The notes under the pieces were generated by a model. It had not been told where the DNA came from. It saw nothing but the letters and a program-made list of their open reading frames with translations, and ran no database searches. From the NCBI GenBank assembly GCA_018969185.1, contig JAGWYT010000002.1, positions 20,703-84,702 on the forward strand: a DNA stretch of 64,000 bases. Reading direction: 5' to 3'. The position numbers and the translations under genes are program-made. Origin of the DNA: Rickettsiales bacterium. GTDB lineage: Bacteria; Pseudomonadota; Alphaproteobacteria; Rickettsiales; UBA1997. This document shows positions 19,252-28,569 of this stretch, one piece after another. Position 1 is the stretch's first letter; each line of letters opens with the position of its first letter.

Positions 19252-20022
19252 TTAAAATTGTTTCTTTTTAAAATCATGAAAAGCCATGAAAATCATAAGC
19301 GGAATGTAAATCAAAGACTGTAAAAAAATAATATTTAAATTTGCATCATCAGAGATGCCGTAGCTCAACCATTCGCTTTGACAAAATAGATCAAGTCTTG
19401 GGAAAACAGCTGACAAAAGTTTTAGAATAACGTAGAAAGATTCAGTTGAAAAAGCGATTTCACTACTAAAATCTTTTGGTAAATTAATCGCCATAACAAA
19501 CATTCCCATTAGGCGTGAGATCAGGTAAAATCCAATTGAGGCTATTATTGAAGAAAAAGAATTTTTTAAAATTAGTGAGGCTAATAATGAAAAACAAATC
19601 ATAATCATTAATTCTGAAAGAAGGCTAGAAGACCATATTAGAAGGCCGAACATATCAGATTTGGTAACAAAAATAATTGCGATGATTAGAGGAATAAAGA
19701 TCATCAAAATTGCTACGAAAAAGCTGATTAAGTAGCTTAAGATAAATTGCTCGCGTGAGATTGATTTTGAAATTATGAATTCAACTTCTTTATTTTCAAA
19801 GGCGCGCGTCATGGTAAGACAAACAAAGAGAATGGTGCCTATTACAAGTACAGCTCGGCTTAAGCCTGAAATGTAAGCTGTTGTCATTTGTTTTTGTTCA
19901 ACAAGAGCTGTAGAACCCAAAAATATTGACAGTGAAAAAGAAATAATAAGAGCTATAAAAAGGCCAAGATACAACCTATCCCTGGTACCGCTAAGCAGGA
20001 TATATTTTAAAATCGATTTCAT
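19252..20022 (-). CDS. Polytopic inner-membrane protein (ABC-2-type permease-like)
   Basis: About 6 predicted TM helices. It starts 4 nt downstream of the secretin gene. Confidence 0.5.
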   Translation of the reverse strand: MKSILKYILLSGTRDRLYLGLFIALIISFSLSIFLGSTALVEQKQMTTAYISGLSRAVLVIGTILFVCLTMTRAFENKEVEFIISKSISREQFILSYLISFFVAILMIFIPLIIAIIFVTKSDMFGLLIWSSSLLSELMIMICFSLLASLILKNSFSSIIASIGFYLISRLMGMFVMAINLPKDFSSEIAFSTESFYVILKLLSAVFPRLDLFCQSEWLSYGISDDANLNIIFLQSLIYIPLMIFMAFHDFKKKQF

Positions 20023-20025
20023 TGC

Positions 20026-21558
20026 TTATAAAAATGGTTTTCTGTCAACTGTGAACTTATCGTAGAATTCGCTATCATATTTTGAAGGTCCTCCATTTTT
20101 CACAATAGTAGCTTTAACAAATATCACTGTTTCTACAATGCTATTAGTTTTAGATGTGAATTTAAACAGATTTCCCAAGACAGGAAGCCTTGATAAGAAA
20201 GGAACTCCTGTATCGCTATTATTAGCAGATTCGGTCATTAATCCACCCACTACTAAAACACTTCCACTTGGAACTTTTGCAATAGTATTAATTTCGCGGC
20301 TACTAATAATCGGAACTTTATTACCTAAGGAAACACCAGTATTTGGGTTTACAGAAGGATCATTAGCATCTCCAGTTTTTACAGATAATTTAGGATTTAT
20401 AGTTAAAGTTACTTCTTCAGTTTCTAAGTTAATCGATGGAGTAATTGCCAATTGAACACCAATAGGAACCTCATTTTTAGTTGCAGTAACTGTTGTTACC
20501 TGACTGGTTGAAGTTCCAGTTGAAGTTGAAGATGAAGAGCTTACTGTGAAGTAAACATAGTTTTGTGAAAAGTCCAGAGTGGCTTTTTGATTATTGATAG
20601 CGCTGACTCTAGGGCTTGAGATGGCTCTTGCTACACCAAATTTTTCAAGGGCTTTTATTGTGGCGCTAATGTTTCCACCAAGGCCAAGTAATTTTACTTT
20701 AGGAACTATTGCTGTAATTGTAGGAGAAGAAGGTGAGCCAAAAGCAGTCTCGATAGACTTCCCAGATTCAACCCAGTTCCAATCTATACCAGCACTATAT
20801 TCTTTGCTTAAAGTCACTTCCACAACCTTCGCTTCAATTAAAACTTGTGCAGAGGCAACTTTGTAAACATCAGCTAAATATTTTGCGATGCTATCATGTT
20901 GTGCTTTTGTAGCATAAATTGAAATTATGCCTGCTGATTTGTTACTAGAAATTTTTGATGATGTTCCATCAGTAGAACCATCCGAATTTACTGAAGTAGA
21001 ACTTCCAATTACTGAGCCTATGTTTGATTCAACATCGCTCCATAGCTGGCTTCCTGATAAGAAATCAACAAAATAATTTTTCATGTAAGGAGCATCTCTT
21101 TCAAAATGAAGCACGTCATTTTTATAAGAATAGCGAAGATTTCCAAGTGTTGTTATTCTATCTATCACTTCTTTCAAAGGGCGATTTTTAGCGTTAAGAA
21201 TTATACCGCCAGAAATACTTGGATCAACGTCAACATCAATTTTAGCAACTCTTCCAAGTTCAATTAAAACGTCTTTCAAAGTAACTTGTTCAGTAACCGA
21301 AAAAGAAATAATTTTATCTCCGCCAAGTTTTTTAGGAGGAGTTGTAAGAGATAATTTTGAGATATTAGGTATTTGTGTTGATGGTCTAATTTTTTCACCT
21401 TTTATTGAGGCTTCGCTTTTACGATCTTTTATTAAAGATTTTTCAGCATCGCTAATGCTTAAACCAACCTCCCTATCAATAGGATCTAGGCTGCCTTGCG
21501 CGCAAGAAATTAGGGTAATGGATAGCAAACAAAACAGAATTTTTCTAAAAGATCTCAT
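20026..21558 (-). CDS. Secretin-family outer membrane lipoprotein (MshL/GspD-like)
   Basis: Lipobox LISC after the signal peptide, starting from the ATG at 21558. The C-terminal secretin signature reads VLVVGGLM...DTGVPFLSRLPVLGNLFK...VIFVKATIV. Confidence 0.85.
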   Translation of the reverse strand: MRSFRKILFCLLSITLISCAQGSLDPIDREVGLSISDAEKSLIKDRKSEASIKGEKIRPSTQIPNISKLSLTTPPKKLGGDKIISFSVTEQVTLKDVLIELGRVAKIDVDVDPSISGGIILNAKNRPLKEVIDRITTLGNLRYSYKNDVLHFERDAPYMKNYFVDFLSGSQLWSDVESNIGSVIGSSTSVNSDGSTDGTSSKISSNKSAGIISIYATKAQHDSIAKYLADVYKVASAQVLIEAKVVEVTLSKEYSAGIDWNWVESGKSIETAFGSPSSPTITAIVPKVKLLGLGGNISATIKALEKFGVARAISSPRVSAINNQKATLDFSQNYVYFTVSSSSSTSTGTSTSQVTTVTATKNEVPIGVQLAITPSINLETEEVTLTINPKLSVKTGDANDPSVNPNTGVSLGNKVPIISSREINTIAKVPSGSVLVVGGLMTESANNSDTGVPFLSRLPVLGNLFKFTSKTNSIVETVIFVKATIVKNGGPSKYDSEFYDKFTVDRKPFL

Positions 21559-21766
21559 GGACTGTTTTAATACTTGTTTTGATGGTCTGTTCAATAAAAA
21601 ATACAAAACTAATACCTATAGTTAATTTGTGAAGTTTTTTTTAGCAACAGATTCTTGAAATTAGCAAAAGAAAATTTACAATACAGTTTCTTTTTAGAAA
21701 ATTATTTTTTGAATAAAATTTTCATTCTGGATTTTTTTCTCAACTCGAATTCAATTTTACAAATAA

Positions 21767-23047
21767 ATGCTTAAGCAACAGGATAAAATTTTTACTAATC
21801 TTTATGGTTATCAATCTCCAGATTTGGAGCATGCAAAAAAAAGAGGAGATTGGGCGGACACAAAAAAATTTCTCGATAATGGTGCTGATTGGTTAATCGA
21901 ACAAGTTAAGGCTTCTGGTCTTCGTGGCCGTGGTGGTGCGGGTTTTCCAACGGGAATGAAATGGTCTTTTGCGCCAAAAAAATCTAATCCTTCGATCGGA
22001 AAGCCACATTATTTAGTTATTAACGCTGATGAGTCTGAACCCGGAACTTGTAAGGATCGTGAGATTTTAAGAAATGATCCACATAAATTAATTGAAGGTT
22101 GTTTACTTGCATCTCGTGCGATCAATGCTGAAACATGTTATGTTTATATTCGTGGAGAATACTATAATGAAGCAGTGGCTTTACAAAAAGCAATTGATGA
22201 AGCTTATGATGCAAAATTAATTGGCAAAAATGCCTGCAATTCAGGATGGAATTTAGATATTTTTATTCATCGTGGAGCTGGTGCTTACATATGCGGAGAA
22301 GAAACTGCGCTTCTTGAAAGTCTAGAAGGTAACAAAGGTCAACCACGTTTGAAGCCGCCATTTCCAGCGCTTGTTGGTTTATATGGTTGTCCAACAATTA
22401 TTAATAATGTGGAATCAATTGCTGTGGTGCCAGAAATTTTGCGTCGTGGTGCCTCATGGTTTGCAGGATTAGGGCGTGAAAAAAATACGGGAACAAAAAT
22501 TTTCTGTATTTCAGGACATGTAAATAATCCATGTAATGTTGAAGAAGAAATGGGAATTCCTCTCAAAGAATTAATTGAAAAACATGCTGGTGGAGTGCGT
22601 GGTGGTTGGGATAACTTATTAGCGGTTATTCCGGGTGGCTCTTCAGTTCCTTTAATAAATAAAGAAGTTTGCGATACAGTTTTGATGGATTTTGATTCAT
22701 TAAAAAGTGCGGGTACAGGGCTTGGAACTGCTGGTGTTATTGTGATGGATAAATCAACAGATGTTGTTGCAGCAATTGCAAGACTTTCACATTTTTATAA
22801 GCATGAGTCTTGTGGTCAATGCACGCCTTGCCGTGAAGGAACTGGTTGGTTGATGCGTATCATGGATCGTATGATTGAAGGTAATGCTAAAGTTGAAGAG
22901 ATTGATCAACTTTATAATTTAACAAAACAAATTGAAGGTCACACAATCTGCGCTTTGGGCGACGCTGCTGCTTGGCCAGTTCAAGGCTTGATCAAAAATT
23001 TCCGTCCTGAAATGGAGAGAAGAATCACAAGTCATAAGTCTCAATAA
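21767..23047 (+). CDS. nuoF: NADH-quinone oxidoreductase subunit F
   Basis: [26 protein letters not shown] and the 4Fe-4S motif [12 protein letters not shown]. No other nuo genes flank it. Confidence 0.95.
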   Translation: MLKQQDKIFTNLYGYQSPDLEHAKKRGDWADTKKFLDNGADWLIEQVKASGLRGRGGAGFPTGMKWSFAPKKSNPSIGKPHYLVINADESEPGTCKDREILRNDPHKLIEGCLLASRAINAETCYVYIRGEYYNEAVALQKAIDEAYDAKLIGKNACNSGWNLDIFIHRGAGAYICGEETALLESLEGNKGQPRLKPPFPALVGLYGCPTIINNVESIAVVPEILRRGASWFAGLGREKNTGTKIFCISGHVNNPCNVEEEMGIPLKELIEKHAGGVRGGWDNLLAVIPGGSSVPLINKEVCDTVLMDFDSLKSAGTGLGTAGVIVMDKSTDVVAAIARLSHFYKHESCGQCTPCREGTGWLMRIMDRMIEGNAKVEEIDQLYNLTKQIEGHTICALGDAAAWPVQGLIKNFRPEMERRITSHKSQ

Positions 23048-23063
23048 TGTTTAAAAAATACAT

Positions 23064-23103
23064 GAGTTTATTACCCTTCCCTCAAGGGGAGGGTAATAAA
23101 CTC
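23064..23103 (+). terminator. Hairpin downstream of nuoF
   Basis: The stem is GAGTTTATTACCCT ... AGGGTAATAAACTC around a short loop. No clear T run follows. Confidence 0.4.
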
Positions 23104-23128
23104 GTGTATAAAAATAAATAAAGAAATC

Positions 23129-23162
23129 ATGTCTAAAACAGTTGCATTAATTACAGCATGTG
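23129..23162 (+). other. Duplicated copy of the ispDF 5' end (start codon plus 10 codons)
   Basis: ATGTCTAAAACAGTTGCATTAATTACAGCATGTG matches 23270-23303 ATGTCTAAAACAGTTGCACTTATTACAGCTTGTG with 3 mismatches in 34. Confidence 0.8.
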
Positions 23163-23241
23163 CCAGTCGTTGCGTAGCACGACAAATAAACCAGTCGTTG
23201 CGTAGCACGACAAATAAAAGACCGTTGCGTAGCACGACAAA
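23163..23241. repeat. Array of about 3 copies of the 28-bp hairpin repeat
   Basis: The unit (C)CAGTCGTTGCGTAGCACGACAAATAAA has the hairpin GTCGT-TGCGTAGC-ACGAC. It is the same unit as the array at 36356-36494. Confidence 0.85.
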
Positions 23242-23269
23242 AAATTAATTAATAACGACTACATAATCT

Positions 23270-24466
23270 ATGTCTAAAACAGTTGCACTTATTACAGCTT
23301 GTGGTCGTGGAAACCGCTTCAATAAAGGCGAAGGAATACCAAAGCAATATTTGTCACTTGCTGGAATTCCGCTGTTACGTCATTCAATTCTTGCCTTTCT
23401 AAATCATCCAAAAATTGATGATGTGATTTGTGTTATTCATCCCGATGATATGCAATTTTATGAAGAGGCATCTGCTGGGCTTGATTTGTTAAATCCAGTT
23501 TTTGGTGGTGAAACAAGACAAGCGTCAATTCGTCTTGGTCTTAAGGCTTTAGAAGAATATAATCCAAGCAATGTTTTAATTCATGATGGCGTTCGTCCTT
23601 TTGTTTCAAAGAGAATTATTAGTGGTGTTTTAGAAAAATTAGAAACTCATCCAGCGGTAATTCCGGCAATTGCGGTTGAAGATACAATTAAAAAATATGC
23701 TGATGGAAAAATTGAATGGACTTTGGAGCGTGAAAATTTATGGCGCGCGCAAACTCCGCAAGGATTTACCTATCAAGATATTTTAAATTCTCATAATGCT
23801 TTTAAAGATTTGCATTTCACTGATGATTCGGCGTTAAATGAATATGCCGGCATTCCAGTTGCAATAATTCCTGGTTCACAAAATAATTTTAAAATTACTA
23901 CCGAAGAAGATTTTGAGCGTGCGAAGGCAATGATCACAACTCTTATAACCAATGTTAAAGAAGAAATAAGATGTGGTATTGGCTATGATGTTCATGCTTT
24001 TAGAGAAAGAGAAAAAGATGAAGATGATATAATTCGTTTATGTGGTGTTGAAATAAAACATGATAAAAAAATCAAAGCTCATTCTGATGGCGATGTTGCA
24101 ATTCATGCCGTGATTGACGCGCTTCTTGGCGCAATTGGTGAAGGAGATATTGGTGATCATTTTCCGCCAAATGATTCAAAATGGGAGAATTGCGATTCTC
24201 GCGAAATGTTAAAAATAATTAGTCATTTATTGATAAAAAAAGGTGCAACAATTTTAAATATTGATGTGACTATAATTTGTGAGAAACCAAAAATTTCTAA
24301 ATTTAAAGATCAGATGAAAGCATCTTTAGCGGAAGTGTTAAATATCTCTAGATCTCGTGTTAATATCAAAGCGACAACAACTGAGAAGTTAGGTTTCTTA
24401 GGCAGAAAAGAAGGTATTGCGGCGGAGAGTGTTGCAAGTGTTAAAGTTGGTTTTGTTGAGGAATAA
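23270..24466 (+). CDS. ispDF: Bifunctional MEP cytidylyltransferase / MEcPP synthase
   Basis: The N-terminal half is IspD-like (ACGRGNRF...PKQYL). The C-terminal half is IspF-like (GIGYDVHAF, HSDGDVAIHA, ATTTEKLGFLGRKEGIA). Confidence 0.93.
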   Translation: MSKTVALITACGRGNRFNKGEGIPKQYLSLAGIPLLRHSILAFLNHPKIDDVICVIHPDDMQFYEEASAGLDLLNPVFGGETRQASIRLGLKALEEYNPSNVLIHDGVRPFVSKRIISGVLEKLETHPAVIPAIAVEDTIKKYADGKIEWTLERENLWRAQTPQGFTYQDILNSHNAFKDLHFTDDSALNEYAGIPVAIIPGSQNNFKITTEEDFERAKAMITTLITNVKEEIRCGIGYDVHAFREREKDEDDIIRLCGVEIKHDKKIKAHSDGDVAIHAVIDALLGAIGEGDIGDHFPPNDSKWENCDSREMLKIISHLLIKKGATILNIDVTIICEKPKISKFKDQMKASLAEVLNISRSRVNIKATTTEKLGFLGRKEGIAAESVASVKVGFVEE

Positions 24467-24472
24467 AAACTG

Positions 24473-24606
24473 TTGTCATCCTGAAAGCTAGAAATTGTTT
24501 AATCGCGAGAGCGATTATTACAATTTCTTGCTGAAGGATCTACATCAAAAGCACGATATGTTTCGCTAAGAATTTGTAAAACAAATTCTATAGCTCAACA
24601 TGACAA
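24473..24606. repeat. Palindromic element (family A), overlapping the 3' end of the DUF374 gene
   Basis: Termini are TTGTCATCCTGA and ATGACAA. Internal modules (GAAGGATCT, AATTTGTAAAACAAATTC) are shared with the copies at 30060, 37292, 42829, 56021 and 63090. Confidence 0.7.
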
Positions 24607-25389
24607 ACTAGATGCCTGTTTCTGCGATTCTTCCTGCACAAAATTCATTCTATTTTCAATCAAATTTTTCAATTCTTCTTCACCTTTCTCATCAAGATTA
24701 TTTGGCACTTCAATGAAAGAATTATCAAGATAAAAACACAATTTAGAAAAAGGCAAAGGAATGTAAAACTTGTCCCAACTATTGAGTCTTTTGTTTTTAG
24801 AGCATGAATAAGAAATTGGCAAAATTTTTGCCTTAGAAATTTTTGCAATATTTATTATGTCGCCATTAATTTTTTGATTTGGTCCGCGAGGTCCGTCTGG
24901 CGTTATTCCAAGAGATAGGCCGTTTTTAAGACCTTTGATAATTTGTTTTAGATTTGAAATATCAATGCCACGGCTGGCTTTTCTGCCATCTTTTGAAGAT
25001 CCATAAATTGAAATTAAACCAATTTTTTCCATTACTTTTCCAACAAAACGTCCATCGCCGTGATTGGAAGATAAGGTCATAAAATTATAATTATGATAAA
25101 GTTTTTTTGTTTTTACAGTGACGAAAGGAATCATCATTAGGCGATTATGCCAGAAAGGAATGACCAGCGGAATCTTGTTTTTTACTGCTTCAATTAATAC
25201 TTCTTCATTAATGAAAATTTTTTTGCTGCTATGATAAACCAATTTCATGTAGCATAAAACAATCAAGCAAATCAACTGTTGGAAAAGCCAGCTATAAGTA
25301 ATTCTTCTTAGAAGTTGTTTGAATTTAGTTTTGATATCATACCATTCAACATCAGTTTGATAGCCAAAAAATTTCCATTTTTTTGTCAT
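24595..25389 (-). CDS. DUF374-type lysophospholipid-acyltransferase-like protein
   Basis: FWHNRLMMIPF, SNHGDGRFVGKVMEKIG and ITPDGPRGP blocks. The last 4 codons and the stop codon lie inside the repeat element. Confidence 0.7.
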   Translation of the reverse strand: MTKKWKFFGYQTDVEWYDIKTKFKQLLRRITYSWLFQQLICLIVLCYMKLVYHSSKKIFINEEVLIEAVKNKIPLVIPFWHNRLMMIPFVTVKTKKLYHNYNFMTLSSNHGDGRFVGKVMEKIGLISIYGSSKDGRKASRGIDISNLKQIIKGLKNGLSLGITPDGPRGPNQKINGDIINIAKISKAKILPISYSCSKNKRLNSWDKFYIPLPFSKLCFYLDNSFIEVPNNLDEKGEEELKNLIENRMNFVQEESQKQASSLSC

Positions 25390-25391
25390 CT

Positions 25392-25775
25392 CTAAGATGA
25401 TTTTTGTCTTTTATTTAAGCTATTTCTAATCTCTGTTAGCAGTGCTTCTCTATAGCAATTCATTTTTGTTTCTTGTGATAAATTTCTTGCTGCCAAAACA
25501 ATTTCTGCACCAATTTTATCACGATTTACTTCAAGATATTTCGCAACATTTTTATCATGAAGTGGATTGATAAGTCTTTTCATCGCAAAATAACCAACAA
25601 CTGGTAAGAAAAGCATCAAAATGCTTACCTTAACCGCACCGTAAATTCCGGCAATTAATAAAGATAAAAGGAAAATTAAAGAAGCAGTTCTAATTGGTTT
25701 TCTTTTTTGTATAATTTCAACAAAAATAGCTATCAGTTTTTCTTCGATTTGTTTGCTTAGATTTTGTTTTGTCAT
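25392..25775 (-). CDS. Small membrane protein, function unknown
   Basis: Two TM helices and no recognisable motif. Confidence 0.4.
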   Translation of the reverse strand: MTKQNLSKQIEEKLIAIFVEIIQKRKPIRTASLIFLLSLLIAGIYGAVKVSILMLFLPVVGYFAMKRLINPLHDKNVAKYLEVNRDKIGAEIVLAARNLSQETKMNCYREALLTEIRNSLNKRQKSS

Positions 25776-25792
25776 GGTTTATTTTATTTGGT

Positions 25793-26446
25793 TTATATTT
25801 TCTGACCTGTTGAAGCCCAATCCTTCACAAAAGTTTCTAAACCTTTATCAGTTAAAGGATGAGAAGCTAATTGTTTTAAAACTTTACCTGGAATTGTTGC
25901 AACGTCAGCACCCATTCTTGCCGCAGTTGTTATGTGAATTGGATTTCTAATTGAAGCAACCAAAACTTGTGTTTCAAAATTTGGATAATTTGAATAAATA
26001 TCGCAAATTTCTTCAATTAAATTCATGCCGTCTTGTCCAATGTCATCAAGTCTTCCAACAAATGGTGAAACAAAAGTTGCACCAGCTTTAGCTGCTAAAA
26101 TTGCCTGTGCTGCAGAAAAACAAAGTGTAACATTTGTTTGAACTTTTTTATTTGAGAAATATTTGCAAGCCTTAAGGCCATCCATTGTAAGAGGTAATTT
26201 AATGCAAACATTCTTAGCAATTTTTGCAAGAATTTCACCTTCGCGAACCATATTTTCATAGTCAGTTGCAGCCACTTCAGCGCTAACGGGGCCATCAACA
26301 ATAGAACAAATTTCGGCAATAACTTCTTTAAAATCTCTACCAGATTTAGCAATTAAACTTGGATTTGTAGTAACGCCATCAAGAAGTCCGTAAGCGGCAA
26401 GTTCTTTAATTTCAGAGATTTCGGCAGAGTCGATAAAAAATTTCAT
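25793..26446 (-). CDS. fsa: Transaldolase-family fructose-6-phosphate aldolase
   Basis: MKFFIDSA...GVTTNPSL, the Schiff-base region IKLP and VTLCFS, 217 aa. Confidence 0.9.
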   Translation of the reverse strand: MKFFIDSAEISEIKELAAYGLLDGVTTNPSLIAKSGRDFKEVIAEICSIVDGPVSAEVAATDYENMVREGEILAKIAKNVCIKLPLTMDGLKACKYFSNKKVQTNVTLCFSAAQAILAAKAGATFVSPFVGRLDDIGQDGMNLIEEICDIYSNYPNFETQVLVASIRNPIHITTAARMGADVATIPGKVLKQLASHPLTDKGLETFVKDWASTGQKI

Positions 26447-26521
26447 AATTTTGTTTGAATTTCGTTAAGAAGTTATAGAATGATTACTTAATAAAATACT
26501 TCCTAAATCTACTTAATCAAT

Positions 26522-28555
26522 ATGAATAACTATTTTGTCAATGTGCTGCTGCCCTTGCCATTTGACAAGCCTTTTACATATAAAGCTGCGGATGAGAAAG
26601 TAGAAATTGGTAATTTGGTGAAAGTGCCTTTTCGTAAGAAAGATTTGTGGGGTTTGGTTGTTGAGAAAAACGTTAAACCTGAAGAGTCAGTTTCTTTAGA
26701 AAAAATCAAAGAAATTTCAGAAATAAATTCTCACGTAAAATTTGATAATAAATTAATTGAATTTATTGAAAAGATTGCGTCTTACAACCTTGGGCCTCGC
26801 GGACTTGTTTTAAAATCTTTCCTCGGAATTTTAAATTCAGATAAAATCAAAAAACCAAATTTTAAAGCGAAGAATCAAGAAATTAATTCATCTAAATTTT
26901 CTTTAAAAAAACTATCAGAAAAACAACAAAAAATCTCTAACAAAATTTGTGAAGAAATTTTTGAGAATAAACATGGAGTCCATCTTTTAGATGGTGTTAC
27001 GGGTTCTGGTAAAACTGAAGTTTATTTTAAAGTAATTGCGGAGATCCTGAAACAAGTTCAGGATGACACAATGCATTGTCATCTCGAGCGTAGAGAGAGA
27101 TCTCATGCAAACAATTCTCAAATCTTAATTCTTCTTCCAGAAATTGCACTAACCAGCCAATTACTATCACGTTTTGAAAAACAATTTGGTTTTAAACCTG
27201 CTTTGTGGCATTCAAAAATTACTACGAAAGAGAAGAGAGAAATTTTTTATGGTCTTGTTTTTGGGTCGCTAAAAGTCTTGATTGGTGCGCGTTCCGCACT
27301 ATTGCTCCCTTTTAAAAATTTACGATTAATTGTCATTGATGAAGAGCATGATAATTCTTTTAAACAAGAAGAAATTTTTAATTTTCAGGCAAGAAATATG
27401 GCGATTTTAAAAGCCAAAATTGAAAATTTTTCAGTAATTTTATCTTCAGCAACGCCATCGCTTGAGACCTACGTAAATGCTGCTTCGGGCAAATATAATC
27501 ATTTTATTTTAGATGAAAAATTTAATGAAAAAATAAGTGAAGTTCAAATTATTGATTTATGCCGTGAAAAATTACCAAGCGATGTTTTCATTTCTCATGA
27601 ATTAAAAAAAGCAATAATCAAAAATTTTGAAAATAAAGAGCAAAGCCTGCTGTTCCTTAATCGCCGAGGTTATGCACCAGTAACATTATGTAAAAATTGT
27701 GGACAGAAAGTTAATTGCAATAATTGCCATTCTTATTTGGTTGCTCATAAAAAAAATAACAAGTTGCTTTGTCACTATTGTGGTGAGAGTGAAAAATTTA
27801 ATGATAATTGTAAATTTTGTGGAACAGAAAATAGCCTTATAAATATTGGTGTTGGTGTTGAAAAAATAAAAGAAGAAGTAGAAAAACTTTTGCCAGAAGC
27901 AAGAGTGGCATTGGTTACAAGTGACTTAGTGACAAGCTTTACTGAAGCAGAAGAATTGGTTAATAAAATCACAAATCATGAAATTGATATAATTATTGGC
28001 ACGCAATTAATTGCTAAAGGCTATGATTTTCCTGAATTAACTTTGGTTGGAATTGTTGACGCGGATAGTGGTTTTTATTCTTCTGAATTGCGTTCTTTAG
28101 AAAGATCTTATCAGCTGCTAAGTCAAGTAATTGGCAGAGCGGGAAGAAGAGATAAGCAAGGTAAAATTTTTATTCAAACTTATAATCCGCAAAATTTTAT
28201 TTTTGAAAAAATTATTAAGCGGGATAAATCGGGTTTTTACGAATTTGAAGTTAATTCGCGTCAAAATGCTAATATGCCACCATTTAGTAAGATGGCCGCT
28301 TTCATAATCAGTTCTTTTGAAGAAAAAAATGCGGTTAATTTTGCAAAAAAACTGATCTCAAATTTTCCTTTTAATGATAGAATAGAAATTTTTGGCCCAG
28401 CACCAATGCCAATTTTACGCCTTAAAAATCGTTATTATTATCGTGTTTTTTTAAAAGTTGAAAAAAAGGTTAATTTGCAAAAATTAATTACTGATGTGAT
28501 GAAAACACTTGAAATTCCTAGTAATATAAGGATAAAAGTGGATGTGGATTTATGA
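26522..28555 (+). CDS. priA: Primosomal protein N' (replication restart helicase PriA), carrying an in-frame repeat-element insertion
   Basis: Walker A GVTGSGKTEVY, DEEH box, the Cys-rich zinc region (CKNCG...CNNC...CHYCG...CKFCG), and IGTQLIAKGYDFP. Confidence 0.92.
   Translation: MNNYFVNVLLPLPFDKPFTYKAADEKVEIGNLVKVPFRKKDLWGLVVEKNVKPEESVSLEKIKEISEINSHVKFDNKLIEFIEKIASYNLGPRGLVLKSFLGILNSDKIKKPNFKAKNQEINSSKFSLKKLSEKQQKISNKICEEIFENKHGVHLLDGVTGSGKTEVYFKVIAEILKQVQDDTMHCHLERRERSHANNSQILILLPEIALTSQLLSRFEKQFGFKPALWHSKITTKEKREIFYGLVFGSLKVLIGARSALLLPFKNLRLIVIDEEHDNSFKQEEIFNFQARNMAILKAKIENFSVILSSATPSLETYVNAASGKYNHFILDEKFNEKISEVQIIDLCREKLPSDVFISHELKKAIIKNFENKEQSLLFLNRRGYAPVTLCKNCGQKVNCNNCHSYLVAHKKNNKLLCHYCGESEKFNDNCKFCGTENSLINIGVGVEKIKEEVEKLLPEARVALVTSDLVTSFTEAEELVNKITNHEIDIIIGTQLIAKGYDFPELTLVGIVDADSGFYSSELRSLERSYQLLSQVIGRAGRRDKQGKIFIQTYNPQNFIFEKIIKRDKSGFYEFEVNSRQNANMPPFSKMAAFIISSFEEKNAVNFAKKLISNFPFNDRIEIFGPAPMPILRLKNRYYYRVFLKVEKKVNLQKLITDVMKTLEIPSNIRIKVDVDL
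27041..27104. repeat. Family A palindromic module inside the priA coding sequence
   Basis: The DNA is GAGATCCTGAAACAAGTTCAGGATGACACAATGCATTGTCATCTCGAGCGTAGAGAGAGATCTC. The module GTCATCTCGAGCGTAGAGAGAGATCTC matches intergenic copies such as 42831 and 30063. It encodes about KQVQDDTMHCHLERRERSH, between Walker A and the PEIALT block. Boundaries are approximate. Confidence 0.7.
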
Positions 28556-28569
28556 AACAATTAATTACT

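Noticed and set aside
21767-23047. Solitary nuoF as a sign of horizontal transfer or pseudogenised complex I
   Set aside because: The gene is intact with all cofactor motifs. Scattered nuo genes are known in Rickettsiales genomes, so this is probably just operon fragmentation.
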